Shown here one piece after another: positions 26,969-36,492 of a stretch of 64,000 nt of DNA (position 1 is its first letter; every line of letters begins with the position of its first letter). The notes below the pieces were generated by a model. It had not been told where the DNA came from, did not search any database, and saw nothing but the letters and a program-made list of their open reading frames with translations. The position numbers and the translations under genes were made by a program. Source of the DNA: a virus (Duplodnaviria > Caudoviricetes); the IMG/VR virus record IMGVR_UViG_3300025915_000004, positions 1-64,000 of that record; one strand, 5' to 3'.

Positions 26969-27622
26969 CTACTCCGTCCGAACGGCGGCGGTCTCCGTCC
27001 CGTCCTCGGCCGCCAGGATCTCGGCGCGCAGCACGGTGCGCACGGTGCGCTGCGCCTCCGCGGACACGCCGGCCTGCGCCAGGGCGGTGTCCAGCGCACG
27101 GTCCAGCAGTGCGATCTGCCGCTCTTGCAGGTCGAGGCCGCGCTGGTCCAGCCCGAGCCGCAGCGCCTTCTCCGCATGGACGCCGGCCTGGTCGGTCGCC
27201 TTGAGCAGCGCGCCGATCTCCGGGCGCAGGTGCAGGTTGCCGAAACCGTCGTAGTACGTCAGCTCCGGGTGCTCGGCCAGGGCGGCGTGCAGCCGGGAGG
27301 CCATGGCCCGGCTCAGCGCCATGATCCATTGCAGCGTCTCCCCCGGATTGCCGTACAGCTCGATCAGCTCGCGGTCGGTCAGCTCCAGCACGCTCTTGCG
27401 CGCCTCCATGATCGCCTGACGCTCGGCGGTGCGCCGCTGCGCCGCGCCCTGCGTGGTCGGCGCCAGCCCGCCGTGCATGCGGCAGACCGAGGCGCCCTCC
27501 ACCGGCCCGTTCGCGCACTGCTCGCCGGCCCGGTTGTGGGCCGTGCACCGGTGCGACGGCGGCTTGCCCAGCAGGTCGGCCATCACGTCGTCCATGTTCC
27601 GGCGCTGCTCCAGCTCATCCAT
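26969..27622 (-). CDS. HGGxSTG-like Zn-binding protein, candidate terminase small subunit
   Basis: RCTAHNRAGEQC...VCRMHGGLAP followed by a helical region; TATCGT 7 nt before the ATG suggests a leaderless mRNA. Confidence 0.5.
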   Translation of the reverse strand: MDELEQRRNMDDVMADLLGKPPSHRCTAHNRAGEQCANGPVEGASVCRMHGGLAPTTQGAAQRRTAERQAIMEARKSVLELTDRELIELYGNPGETLQWIMALSRAMASRLHAALAEHPELTYYDGFGNLHLRPEIGALLKATDQAGVHAEKALRLGLDQRGLDLQERQIALLDRALDTALAQAGVSAEAQRTVRTVLRAEILAAEDGTETAAVRTE

Positions 27623-27748
27623 GTCCGACACGATACGCCGACATGATCGGCCGTCCATAGGGCGAAAAGGATCATGGAATCGGCAGCCGATCGATCGGCG
27701 TCCCGGACAGTCCTGGACAGCCGTCAAAACAACTCTCTGACCTGCACC

Positions 27749-27918
27749 GACGTACGTCTCGCATGATCCATCTGTTCGATTTCCCGAACACGATGTCGAC
27801 CTAGAAAAGCGGATACGCTACTGACGTACATGGTGTTTGATCCATCTACACTGACGCACATCTCGCATGATCCATCTGATTTTGACGCACGTCTCGCCTT
27901 CCTCATCTGCTATGACGC
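27749..27918 (+). repeat. Iteron-like degenerate direct repeats, candidate replication origin
   Basis: 26-nt units GACG(T/C)AC...CATCT at 27749, 27823, 27853, 27884 and a partial unit at 27914; last spacings 30, 31, 30 bp; AT-rich tract at about 27960-27990. Confidence 0.7.
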
Positions 27919-28062
27919 TAACGAGATTGACACTAAAAACACATCCCTGTTCCCACTCCCTACTTTATCTGTTGTTGAAAAATAATAGGGAGAGGGGACC
28001 AGATACATAGGGGCCGAGTAGAGATTGTGCGTTCTAGCGTTAGTACCGTATACACTGCTGTC

Positions 28063-28416
28063 ATGGCTACCAAGTATGAGATCGAGAATCGGAACGCCCG
28101 TCAGGACGCCGTCACCCTCGCCGTGCAGGAGAAGATCACGAAACCGTGGTGGGGCACGATGACCGAGCTGGTCGAGTTCCTCGCGGTGCAGCTGCCGTTC
28201 CCCCACGTGCTGACGCCGCGCACGCTGTCCGCCACCCTGGCGAAGTTGGAGGACGGCGGCTGGATCGACCACACCGTCCGCCACTGGCACACCGGCAAGG
28301 CCCGCATGGTCGCCCTGATCCCGCCCGGATGGCGGTGGGACAACGAGCATCGGCAGTGGGTCGTCAACGGCTCTCCAGTCCCTACTCAGGAGCCGTCCCA
28401 GACTGTCCCGCAGTAG
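28063..28416 (+). CDS. Stand-alone winged-helix protein paralogous to the C-terminus of the ATPase at 28603..30009
   Basis: Shares WxGTxTEL, TPRxLSxxL, GW and GxxRxVxxxPP with the ATPase C-terminus; TACACT 6 nt before the ATG and no SD (leaderless). Confidence 0.75.
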   Translation: MATKYEIENRNARQDAVTLAVQEKITKPWWGTMTELVEFLAVQLPFPHVLTPRTLSATLAKLEDGGWIDHTVRHWHTGKARMVALIPPGWRWDNEHRQWVVNGSPVPTQEPSQTVPQ

Positions 28417-28523
28417 TTGCGGACATCTTCCCGCCCGTGCGACATTGAGAACGGCCCGTCTTCGCCACGAGTCCAGCGGCGTGTCAGCGCCATGGCCCCT
28501 GCGGACTGGACGCACCGGTGAAC

Positions 28524-28574
28524 GCGAAGTCCCCGCGACCGCGGTCCTGACAGACCCGATGGCGGGGACTTCGC
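28524..28574. terminator. Inverted repeat between convergent genes
   Basis: GCGAAGTCCCCGC ... GCGGGGACTTCGC, 13-bp arms. Confidence 0.65.
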
Positions 28575-28602
28575 TGTTGCCGCGGTCAGCCGCGCACCGC
28601 GG

Positions 28603-30009
28603 TCACGGCGGTGTCACCCGCACCACCCGCGAGCCGTCCCCCGCGCGCCCGCGCTCGATGCGCCACCCGATCGCGTTCAGGGCCTGCGTCGCGCGCTCCA
28701 GCCGGTCGGACAGCAGCCGGGGCGTCCAGTGCCGCCCCGGTTCGTCCTGAAGACCACCGTGCATCATCAAGTGCCCCAGCAGCTCGGTGGTGGTGCCCTG
28801 CCAGGTGCCGCGCACAGCCTGGCGCAGGGCGACGGCGACCGTGTCACCCTCGGCGATGTCCTCCAGCGCCGAGAACCGCCCCGCGCGCCACGCCCCCAGG
28901 GCGTTGGTGTGCCAGCGGCGGTCCACGGCCGCCACGATCTGCGAGAAGCGCGTGAGGCGGTCGGCGGCGTTGCTGCGCGGCAGCGAGAGCATGTCCCCGA
29001 AGATCTCCGCCGTGCGGTCCAGCAGCCACGCCAGGGCCGAGGGGTGCGCCAGTGCCCAGGTGGCCGCGACTTCGTCGTCGTTGCGCCAGGAGGTCAGCCG
29101 CGAGAGGCGGTGCATGGCGATCCGGTCCGCCAGGTCGCCCTCCAGCCCGCCGAGGGTGATGCCGTTGATCACGATCACGCTCTGGAACGCCGAGACGTAC
29201 AGGTCGCCGTCGGTATATAGCGCGCGGTCCACCCAGCCGTCCCCGGAGGCGGCCTTGCACAGGGCGTCCGACCACCAGCGCGCGATCCCGGAGACGTTGT
29301 CCATCGGCAGCACGTACCGCCCGCTGGCGTAGGCCGCCCAGGTCTTCCCGTCCCGCGGGACCGGGAGCATGGCGGGGGACGCGTCGATCCAGTTCGACGT
29401 GATCTTCGTGGCACCGGTCTTCGCCGAGCCGGGCGGTCCGCTGATCACCTCGATCGGGTGCGTGATGCCGGGGAAAAGGGACGCGATGCGGCAGGCGACG
29501 TACAGGGCCCAGTCATCCACAGACGCGATGTTGATCAGGTCGCGGACCAAGTCCATGCCGCCGTCGTCCGTCGGAAGGGGCAGCTCCGCCGTCAGGGACG
29601 TCCTGGTGAACAGGACGGGCGGGCGGTCCACCACGCACCAGCGGCCGGGCTCCAGCATGACCGCCTTGCCGTCCGTGCGCCCCAGGTCGAGGAACACCGC
29701 GCCCTCGTGCCCGGCGATGCGCAGGTTCGGCGTCACCCGGCGCCGGCTCATCGCCGCGCCCTCGGCCAGGTTCAGCACCGTGGTCAGCGCCTCGGAGTTC
29801 GCGGCCCGGCCGGTCTGCGCGTACATGTCCGCGGCGAGGCGCTGGCGCATGCCGTTCGTGCCGCGCATCGGGATCATGACGGACGGGGTGTCGTTGCGCA
29901 CCGCGAACAGCCGCCCGTCCGTGGCGCACGAGACGTAGTAGTCCCTTTGCAGGATCTGCATCAGCACGTCCACGGCCGCGATCTGGCCGTTCCCCCCTGC
30001 TCCGCTCAT
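28603..30009 (-). CDS. P-loop ATPase / helicase-like replication protein with C-terminal winged helix
   Basis: Walker A GPPGSAKT, MDNVS, acidic RALYTDGD segment, VINGI; resembles the helicase half of primase-helicases without the primase domain. Confidence 0.75.
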   Translation of the reverse strand: MSGAGGNGQIAAVDVLMQILQRDYYVSCATDGRLFAVRNDTPSVMIPMRGTNGMRQRLAADMYAQTGRAANSEALTTVLNLAEGAAMSRRRVTPNLRIAGHEGAVFLDLGRTDGKAVMLEPGRWCVVDRPPVLFTRTSLTAELPLPTDDGGMDLVRDLINIASVDDWALYVACRIASLFPGITHPIEVISGPPGSAKTGATKITSNWIDASPAMLPVPRDGKTWAAYASGRYVLPMDNVSGIARWWSDALCKAASGDGWVDRALYTDGDLYVSAFQSVIVINGITLGGLEGDLADRIAMHRLSRLTSWRNDDEVAATWALAHPSALAWLLDRTAEIFGDMLSLPRSNAADRLTRFSQIVAAVDRRWHTNALGAWRAGRFSALEDIAEGDTVAVALRQAVRGTWQGTTTELLGHLMMHGGLQDEPGRHWTPRLLSDRLERATQALNAIGWRIERGRAGDGSRVVRVTPP

Positions 30010-30314
30010 GCTGTCGCTCCCTGGCCGCGCAGTGCGGCGCGGCGGCGTTCCACCGCGCGCTTGAAGGTGTCGCCCGACATGTGCAGGGCGTTGGAGATCC
30101 GCGAGGTGACCGTGCCGGGCGTCTGCGCGACCAGGTCGACGATGTACGCGCGGTCCGCGTCGGTCACCGGCACCGCGTCGCCGTGCCAGATCCGCCAGAC
30201 GGCCACCAGGTCCACCGGGCCCCAGTCCGTGTCCAGGGTCAGGCCGTCCGAGGCGACGCCGGGGTCGTGGACCGGCGGCGTGTCCGTGTGGGTACCCGCT
30301 GTTATGGTGGACAT
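30006..30314 (-). CDS. HTH DNA-binding protein
   Basis: VDLVAVWRIWHG...TDADR...ISNALHMSGDTFKRAVER; GGAAAGGA SD. Confidence 0.55.
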   Translation of the reverse strand: MSTITAGTHTDTPPVHDPGVASDGLTLDTDWGPVDLVAVWRIWHGDAVPVTDADRAYIVDLVAQTPGTVTSRISNALHMSGDTFKRAVERRRAALRGQGATA

Positions 30315-30588
30315 CGAGCGTCCTTTCCGATCAAGAGGGCTACGCTCACCCGAAGATCGACGCGGGTCCGCTGCCAACGGGCCCGCTCGACGGATGGCGC
30401 GGGTCATGCCAAACTAGCGCGCGCCGCCGAGACGTACGAGGGCCGCGGGAGACCGGGCTCTCGTGTGCAGGATTCCCGACAGGGCTGCGGTCAAGGAGGG
30501 GATGGATCGGTCCCGAGCGTCACAGACGCGAGGCGCCGGCCGGTTGCGCCGAACCGCGAGAGGCGCCCTTGCAGCCCGCGCAACGAGC

Positions 30589-30629
30589 GCGAGCGCCCCG
30601 TCCGCCCAACAGCCGGTCGGGGCGCTCGC
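30589..30629. terminator. Hairpin terminator after the Top6A-like gene
   Basis: GCGAGCGCCCCG ... CGGGGCGCTCGC. Confidence 0.7.
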
Positions 30630-30643
30630 CGTGTGCGGACCGA

Positions 30644-31621
30644 TCACAGCAGGCCTTCGTCGACCAGGTGCTCGCGCACTGCGGCCCAGTTCTCCGAGAC
30701 CGCCGTCAGCTCCTCGCGCTCGCGCTCCTCGCGGGCCAGCCGCTCTTGCCGCAGCCCTTCGTCCAGGTGCTCGCGGATCTTGCCGTCCACCAGGTCCGTC
30801 AAGACCTGCGGTTCCAGCGCGTCCAGCTCCCAGCAGTCGGTGCCGTACTGCTCGACGTAGGCGGCGAAGCGGCTGTCCGTGGCTTTGGCGTAGTTCGGCG
30901 GCGGGTCGTACTGCCGCACCTGGTCCATGGTCAGCGCGATGCGCTCGACGTAGCAGGTGCTGCCGAACAGGTACAGGCGGTCCTGGATGTCGCGCGGGAT
31001 GTCAAGCCCGGTCGGGTCGTGGTCGCCCAGGTACAGGATCCGGGTCTTCACGCCGCGCCGCTCGAAGTGGCGCAGCCGCAGCGCGGCGTCGTGCACCAGC
31101 GAGTGCGAGGGGGAGCCCTTGCACGCGGTCCAGCTCACGTCCAGCGGCGCGGCGGCGCGGGCGACCACGTCGACCAGCGCGTCCTTCTCCACCCAAGCCT
31201 CGACGTGCTCGTTCTGCCCGTCCCAGTGCGTGATGCCGTACTGCGCCGCGATCGAGTCCAGCGCGTCGGCCGGGTCGCGCCAGCCGCCGTCGCCGCCCGC
31301 GCTCTCACGGCCGCGGTCCTCGATGTGGTCCCAGTCCACCAGGCCGGCCACGCGGCCGTCCGCGATCAGGTCGCCGAGCCACTTGTAGTTCTGCTGGCAG
31401 TTCTTCGTGCCGGTGCCGCTCGGGTTGCCGGGCGTGCGCTGCCCGTCGGTGAAGTACCGCGTGTCCGGGAACGCGTCGGTCGCGATGAACCGGTAGTACA
31501 GCTGCCGCAGCGTCAGGCGCAGCCCCTGCGCCGCGTAGGCCGCACAGATGGCGTCGGCCTGCCGCACGACCTCCAGCCCGGCGTCCGTGAACGACCGGTG
31601 CTCATATCTGATCTTGCTCAT
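30644..31621 (-). CDS. Top6A/Spo11-like TOPRIM protein
   Basis: TLRQLYY (candidate catalytic Tyr), VEKDAL, YLGDHDPTG (DxD), ELDAL. Confidence 0.75.
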   Translation of the reverse strand: MSKIRYEHRSFTDAGLEVVRQADAICAAYAAQGLRLTLRQLYYRFIATDAFPDTRYFTDGQRTPGNPSGTGTKNCQQNYKWLGDLIADGRVAGLVDWDHIEDRGRESAGGDGGWRDPADALDSIAAQYGITHWDGQNEHVEAWVEKDALVDVVARAAAPLDVSWTACKGSPSHSLVHDAALRLRHFERRGVKTRILYLGDHDPTGLDIPRDIQDRLYLFGSTCYVERIALTMDQVRQYDPPPNYAKATDSRFAAYVEQYGTDCWELDALEPQVLTDLVDGKIREHLDEGLRQERLAREEREREELTAVSENWAAVREHLVDEGLL

Positions 31622-31652
31622 CGTGCATCCTCCCTGAACCCCTGTCGTGCTC

Positions 31653-31665
31653 ACTGATGACAACT
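31653..31665 (-). promoter_or_regulatory. 13-bp early-gene motif, copy 2
   Basis: Exact copy overlapping TAAGTT, upstream of GTTCAGGGAGGA. Confidence 0.8.
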
Positions 31666-32591
31666 TAGTACGCGCCGCCTTGGCCGCGCAACCACGCTTC
31701 GCGCAGCCGCCGCTCGCGCTGCTTCTCCCCGTCGATGAATTTGCGGGCGCTCTCGCACAGGGTCAGCACCTCGCGCCACGGCATCCCGGAGGTGTCCCCC
31801 GCCTGCCAGATCGCGCGCAGCTCGCCCAGCACCTGCTCCGCAGGAAGGCGGCGGTGCAGCGAGCAGGCCGCGCGGTACAGCTCGCGGTTGCGCGCGCCGA
31901 CCGGTGCGCCGCGGGTCTTAAGCTCCTCCAGGTCGACGTCCTCGCCGCTGTACGCGCCGCCCGAGGACGCCGGCCCGGCCGAGGCGATCCACGCCAGCAG
32001 CCAGGGCGGCGCGTCCGGCGCCGAGCAGAAGCAGCCGTCCGTCCACCGGTAGGGCACCGGGACCTGCTCCCCGGAGCGGTCGGTCATCACCGCCATCGAC
32101 GGGGCGGCGACCACGAGGTTGCCGTCGCCGAGGATGTCCACGCCCGGCAGGATCCGGTTGCGCCCCGGCACCCGCATCCCGGCGGGCGTGCGCAGCCACA
32201 GGTGCACGCCGCCGGACGGGGTCGTGGACACGGCGGGCCCGCGCAGGCCGAGCCCGTGCTGCTGCATGAACCGCCACAGCTCGCCGGGCCCGTCGTCCCC
32301 GTGCTTCACGTCCAGGTCGAGCACGACCAGCCGGGACGGCGAGCCGCAGGCGACGCCGATGTTCGCGGCGCGGTCCTGCCCCCAGCTCCAGCGCACCGCG
32401 CGGTTGTCGATCGAGGCCCAGTGCACGCCGCCGGAGTCTCCCAGCATCCGGTGCGGGCGCTTGCGACCGCGGACCAGCGCCAGCACCGCATAGCCCTGGC
32501 CCTGGTAGCGCAGGGCGGCGGCGCCGAGCCCGAGCCGGCGCACCGCGGGATCGTCGGCGGCGAAATCCTGATGAGAACAGCGCATGTGCAC
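31665..32591 (-). CDS. Bifunctional DNA primase/polymerase (prim-pol) with a PriCT-like C-terminus
   Basis: ANIGVACG, VLDLDVKHG, TTPSGGVHLW, GVDIL, VVAAPS; GARNRELYRAAC. Confidence 0.9.
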   Translation of the reverse strand: MHMRCSHQDFAADDPAVRRLGLGAAALRYQGQGYAVLALVRGRKRPHRMLGDSGGVHWASIDNRAVRWSWGQDRAANIGVACGSPSRLVVLDLDVKHGDDGPGELWRFMQQHGLGLRGPAVSTTPSGGVHLWLRTPAGMRVPGRNRILPGVDILGDGNLVVAAPSMAVMTDRSGEQVPVPYRWTDGCFCSAPDAPPWLLAWIASAGPASSGGAYSGEDVDLEELKTRGAPVGARNRELYRAACSLHRRLPAEQVLGELRAIWQAGDTSGMPWREVLTLCESARKFIDGEKQRERRLREAWLRGQGGAY

Positions 32592-32659
32592 TTCCTCCCT
32601 GACCGTTCGTGCCTTTTCAGTGTACGCTCTAACTGCGGACTAGTTCAGGGAGGAAAGAC

Positions 32660-33211
32660 ATGATCGTCATCAAGGACCATCGCGGTGAGATCGTCCGGAA
32701 CGGCCAGTTCGAAGGCGAGCTGGTCGCCGAGGTGTCCACCGACGACGGCGAGCGCGCCCGGTGGATCGAGATCAAGCTCTACCGGCGCACTGACGCGGAC
32801 GGGTGGATCATCCACCGCATGTCCGACTCGGTGCTCTACCACCACATCGACACCACCTGCCGCACCCCGAAGAGCGCGCGTCCGGGCCAGCCGATGACCG
32901 CAGCCGACTTGCAGGATGGCGCCGAGCCGTGCGGCAACTGCCGTCCGCCGGAGCCGGACGACATGCCGCCGGACCACCCGATCCGCATCGAGGTGGCCAG
33001 GAACGTCGTGCACCCCTGGAACACCGAGAAGCAGGTTGTGGACGACCTGGTGATGGACCGGCGCACCGGCACGCCGTACTGGTCGGAGCCGGTCATCGAG
33101 CTGGTGACCGCGGCCGGCATGCAACACCGCGAGTTCCTAGCGCTGCTTCCGACGGTGGATGCAATGGCCCAGTCGTACATGGACCGCGCAGAGGCACGGA
33201 GGCAGCCGTGA
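32660..33211 (+). CDS. Hypothetical protein
   Basis: First gene of the plus-strand arm; GTTCAGGGAGGA SD. Confidence 0.7.
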   Translation: MIVIKDHRGEIVRNGQFEGELVAEVSTDDGERARWIEIKLYRRTDADGWIIHRMSDSVLYHHIDTTCRTPKSARPGQPMTAADLQDGAEPCGNCRPPEPDDMPPDHPIRIEVARNVVHPWNTEKQVVDDLVMDRRTGTPYWSEPVIELVTAAGMQHREFLALLPTVDAMAQSYMDRAEARRQP

Positions 33212-33551
33212 TTCGCTACCTGCTGCACCGCGTGCGCCGGCACGACGCGACCGTGAACCTGCACGGGTTCCTACACGTCTACCACTGCTGGACGTGCAGC
33301 CGGAACTGGAACGGGCTACTGCTGCGCGGCGGCAAGCCGTGGGCGGTGTGAGATGGCCGGACAGAGTCTAGCCTGGCCGTCCTCGACCAGGCTCGTGTAC
33401 GCGATTCCGAGCACCGAGGCACATCTGCTGCCGCTGTACGGAGACGGCAAGACCGTCATGTGCGGGAAGTACGTCACCTTTCTGCGGTGGCATGACGACG
33501 ACCACGCCAAAAGCCTGCCCGTGTGCAGGGTCTGTCAGAGAGCGGTGTGAC

Positions 33552-35336
33552 GTGTCCGGCGTACTCGACGGCGTGCAGCTGCGCCTTATCCGGTCGATCG
33601 ACGACCTGGCGGAGTGCAAGCGGTGGGCAGGCGAGCGGCGCGAAGGTCCGTTGTGCTTCGACACGGAGTCGGCGGGCCTCTCGCCGTATCGGGACGAGTG
33701 CCGCCTGATCCAGATCGGCGACCTGCACACCGGGTGGGCCGCACCCGCGAAGCTGTGGGGCGGCGGCATTCTGGAGATCCTGCGGGACTACCAGGGCGAG
33801 CTCGGCGCACACAACAGCCCGTACGACTGGCGGGTGGTCAAGCAGTTCTCCGGGCTCAAGCTCAACTGGACGAAGATCCACGACACGCTGATCGCCTGCC
33901 ACCTCTACGACTCGATCATGCCCCACGGCCTGAAGGCGGCGGGATCGCGCATGGTCGACCCGCGCGCCATGGCGGGGGAGAAGATCCTGAGCGAGGCGAT
34001 GGCGGCGAACCACTGGACGTGGGCCACGGTCCCGGTCGACTACCCCGGCTACTGGGCGTACGGCGCGCTGGACCCGGTCCTGACCGCACACCTGTGGCAG
34101 AAGGTCGGGCCGAGCGCGACCGGGGTGTACGCGCAGGCGTACGACCTGGAGCGCGCCACGGTGCGCATCGCCGCGCAGATGATGGACACCGGGATGATGC
34201 TCGACGTCCCCTACATCGAGCGCTCGATCGAGAAGCTGCTGGACTGGGAGAAGCAGGCCGTGGCGTGGCTGCGCGGCGAGTTCGGGATCACCTCGGTCAA
34301 CTCGGCCGCGCAGATCGAGCGCGCGTTCCACTCCCTCGGCATTCCGACGCTCGCGTGGACGAAGACCGGGCAGATGTCGATCGACAAGGACACGCTCAAG
34401 CTGTACGCCCACATGTTCCCGGCGCACCGCAGGCTCATCGAGACGATCTCCGGCGCGCGCAAGACCGACAAGATCGTCAATACGCACCTGCGCAAGTTCC
34501 TGGACCTGCGCGACGCCGACGACGTGATCCACCCGACGATGAACACGATCCAGGCGCGCACCTCCCGCCAGTCCGTGACCGACCCGCCGATGCAGACCTT
34601 CGACCGCGACGTGCCGATGATCCGCGGCGCGTACCGCCCCAGGCCCGGCAGCGCGTACGTGACGGTGGACGCCGACCAGATCGAGGCCCGGCTGTGCGCC
34701 CACTTCAGCAGCGACCCCGGCATGATCGAGATGTTCCACCACGCCGAGCAGACCGGCGTCGACTTCTTCCGGCTGATGGCCGGGCGCATCTTCCAGACCG
34801 AGCCGGAGAAGATCGACAAGAAGGACATCCGGCGCCAGCTGACCAAGAACTCCACCTACGCGAAGATCTACGGGTCCGGCCTGGAGAAGATGGCGCTCAC
34901 GGCCGGCGTGCCCGTCGATCAGGCACGCCCGGTGTACACCGCGTTCGGCCAGCTGTATCCGGGCCCGGACCGGCTGATGGCGGAGATCACGCGCAAGTGC
35001 CGCGCCGAGGAGAACGCCGGCCGCCGCGGCTTCGTGACCACGCCCACCGGCCGCGTGCTGTACACCGACCGCGGCAAGAGCTACGCGGGCCTGAACTACA
35101 AGATCCAGGGCCACGCGGCGGAGATCCTCAAGCAGAAGGTGGTCGAGCTCGACGCGGCCGGGTTCGGCCCGTATCTGCGCCTGACCATCCACGACGAGGT
35201 GCTCGCCGAGTTCCCCCGCGAACACGCGCTCGAAGGCCTGGCCGCGATGTCCCGGATTCTGACCGACCGCACCACGTACGCAGTCCCGATCACCTGGGAC
35301 GGGAAGGTTCTGGAGGAGCGATGGGTGAAGTCGTGA
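33552..35336 (+). CDS. polA: Family A DNA polymerase with 3'-5' exonuclease
   Basis: Exo FDTES, HNSPYD, HDT, YGALD; motif A VDADQIEAR, motif B RQLTKNSTYAKIYG, motif C IHDE. Start taken at GTG 33552. Confidence 0.95.
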   Translation: MSGVLDGVQLRLIRSIDDLAECKRWAGERREGPLCFDTESAGLSPYRDECRLIQIGDLHTGWAAPAKLWGGGILEILRDYQGELGAHNSPYDWRVVKQFSGLKLNWTKIHDTLIACHLYDSIMPHGLKAAGSRMVDPRAMAGEKILSEAMAANHWTWATVPVDYPGYWAYGALDPVLTAHLWQKVGPSATGVYAQAYDLERATVRIAAQMMDTGMMLDVPYIERSIEKLLDWEKQAVAWLRGEFGITSVNSAAQIERAFHSLGIPTLAWTKTGQMSIDKDTLKLYAHMFPAHRRLIETISGARKTDKIVNTHLRKFLDLRDADDVIHPTMNTIQARTSRQSVTDPPMQTFDRDVPMIRGAYRPRPGSAYVTVDADQIEARLCAHFSSDPGMIEMFHHAEQTGVDFFRLMAGRIFQTEPEKIDKKDIRRQLTKNSTYAKIYGSGLEKMALTAGVPVDQARPVYTAFGQLYPGPDRLMAEITRKCRAEENAGRRGFVTTPTGRVLYTDRGKSYAGLNYKIQGHAAEILKQKVVELDAAGFGPYLRLTIHDEVLAEFPREHALEGLAAMSRILTDRTTYAVPITWDGKVLEERWVKS

Positions 35337-35701
35337 ACGGCTTCGGACAGAAGCTGCCGTGGGGCTACGATCCGCAGATGTCGGCCGCCGTCGCCAAGGC
35401 GGAGGATGCGGTGAAGACCACCGGTCCGCGCAAGCTTCTGGAGTGGGCCATCGTTCAGTACATGGACGAGCACTACCCCAGCTACGGCGTCAAGCGCTGG
35501 TCACCGCCGCCGAACCTGCGGCTCGAACTGCACCCGAGCACGCATCATCTGATCAGACAGGACCCTGACTTCGAGTATCCGGGGTCCGAGATCTCCGAGA
35601 AGCTTCAGATACCTATGAAGATCAACCGAGATCTGGGCGAAGGCGAGTGGCGGCTTGTCGTCGTCACCGAGGATGTCAAGACCGAAGGAAGGCTCTCGTG
35701 A
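35321..35701 (+). CDS. Hypothetical protein
   Basis: ATG at 35321 with GGAGGAG SD. Confidence 0.6.
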   Translation: MGEVVNGFGQKLPWGYDPQMSAAVAKAEDAVKTTGPRKLLEWAIVQYMDEHYPSYGVKRWSPPPNLRLELHPSTHHLIRQDPDFEYPGSEISEKLQIPMKINRDLGEGEWRLVVVTEDVKTEGRLS

Positions 35702-35988
35702 AGTACCCCGGCGCGCAGACCGACATGAAGCTGCACGAGGGCGAGGAGTGGAAGGTTCCCGTCGACCCGCACGGCCAGCCCTTCAGCTACTGGGTCGAGG
35801 ACCAGGACGCGGACGGCGACGCGGTGCGGCTGATGGAGAAGGCGTGGAACGCCGCACCGCACCACTTCGCCACGCTGCGGCGCATCGGCTGGATCGACCA
35901 GAAAGGCCGGGTGTGGACGAAGATCCCGCCGTCCGACGGCTTCGACGGCGGATCGCTCACCCCGCTGCTGATCGACGCGAGGGACTGA
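35698..35988 (+). CDS. Hypothetical protein
   Basis: GTG at 35698 overlaps the upstream stop. Confidence 0.6.
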   Translation: MKYPGAQTDMKLHEGEEWKVPVDPHGQPFSYWVEDQDADGDAVRLMEKAWNAAPHHFATLRRIGWIDQKGRVWTKIPPSDGFDGGSLTPLLIDARD

Positions 35989-35989
35989 C

Positions 35990-36457
35990 ATGTTGCCGCC
36001 GGCTGTGATGTGGATCGATCCCGGCGGGATGACCGGCCTGGCGACGCTGACCGACGGACGGGACTTCTGGACGGACGAGTTCCCGCCCCAGCAGGCCGGG
36101 CACATCGTCGAGGCGTTCTGCGAGCGGTGGAACTACGGCGGCGTGATCGGATGGGAGAGGTTCCACATCGGTCCGCAGACGCACAAGCTCACTCAGGAGC
36201 CGGTCCACCAGGCCATCGAGATGATCGGCGTGGTCCGGTACCTGGCCACCGGGCGCCACGTGCGGATCCTCACCCCCGCCGCGCCGGACGACCGCAAGAG
36301 CGCCAGCCGGGCCATGCTCGGTGCCCTGGGCGTCTGGCCGGCCGGAAAGGACGATGCGCAGAGTGCGACACAGCACCTGGTCGCATGGCTTCTGCGGACG
36401 GGGAGCCTGCCGACCGCATGGCGTGCTACGCTCGCAACTGCTGACATCTTGAGGTAG
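35990..36457 (+). CDS. RuvC-like Holliday junction resolvase
   Basis: WIDPGGMTGLA, WERF, DDAQSA acidic motifs. Confidence 0.75.
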   Translation: MLPPAVMWIDPGGMTGLATLTDGRDFWTDEFPPQQAGHIVEAFCERWNYGGVIGWERFHIGPQTHKLTQEPVHQAIEMIGVVRYLATGRHVRILTPAAPDDRKSASRAMLGALGVWPAGKDDAQSATQHLVAWLLRTGSLPTAWRATLATADILR

Positions 36458-36492
36458 TCGGCACGCAGGATCAGGGAAGAGAGGCACGGCCG

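Noticed and set aside
27749-27918. Repeats as a mini CRISPR array
   Set aside because: Units are degenerate and separated by only 4-5 nt, with no unique spacers.
30644-31621. Wadjet (JetABCD) defence system
   Set aside because: No SMC, kleisin or kite genes in the window.
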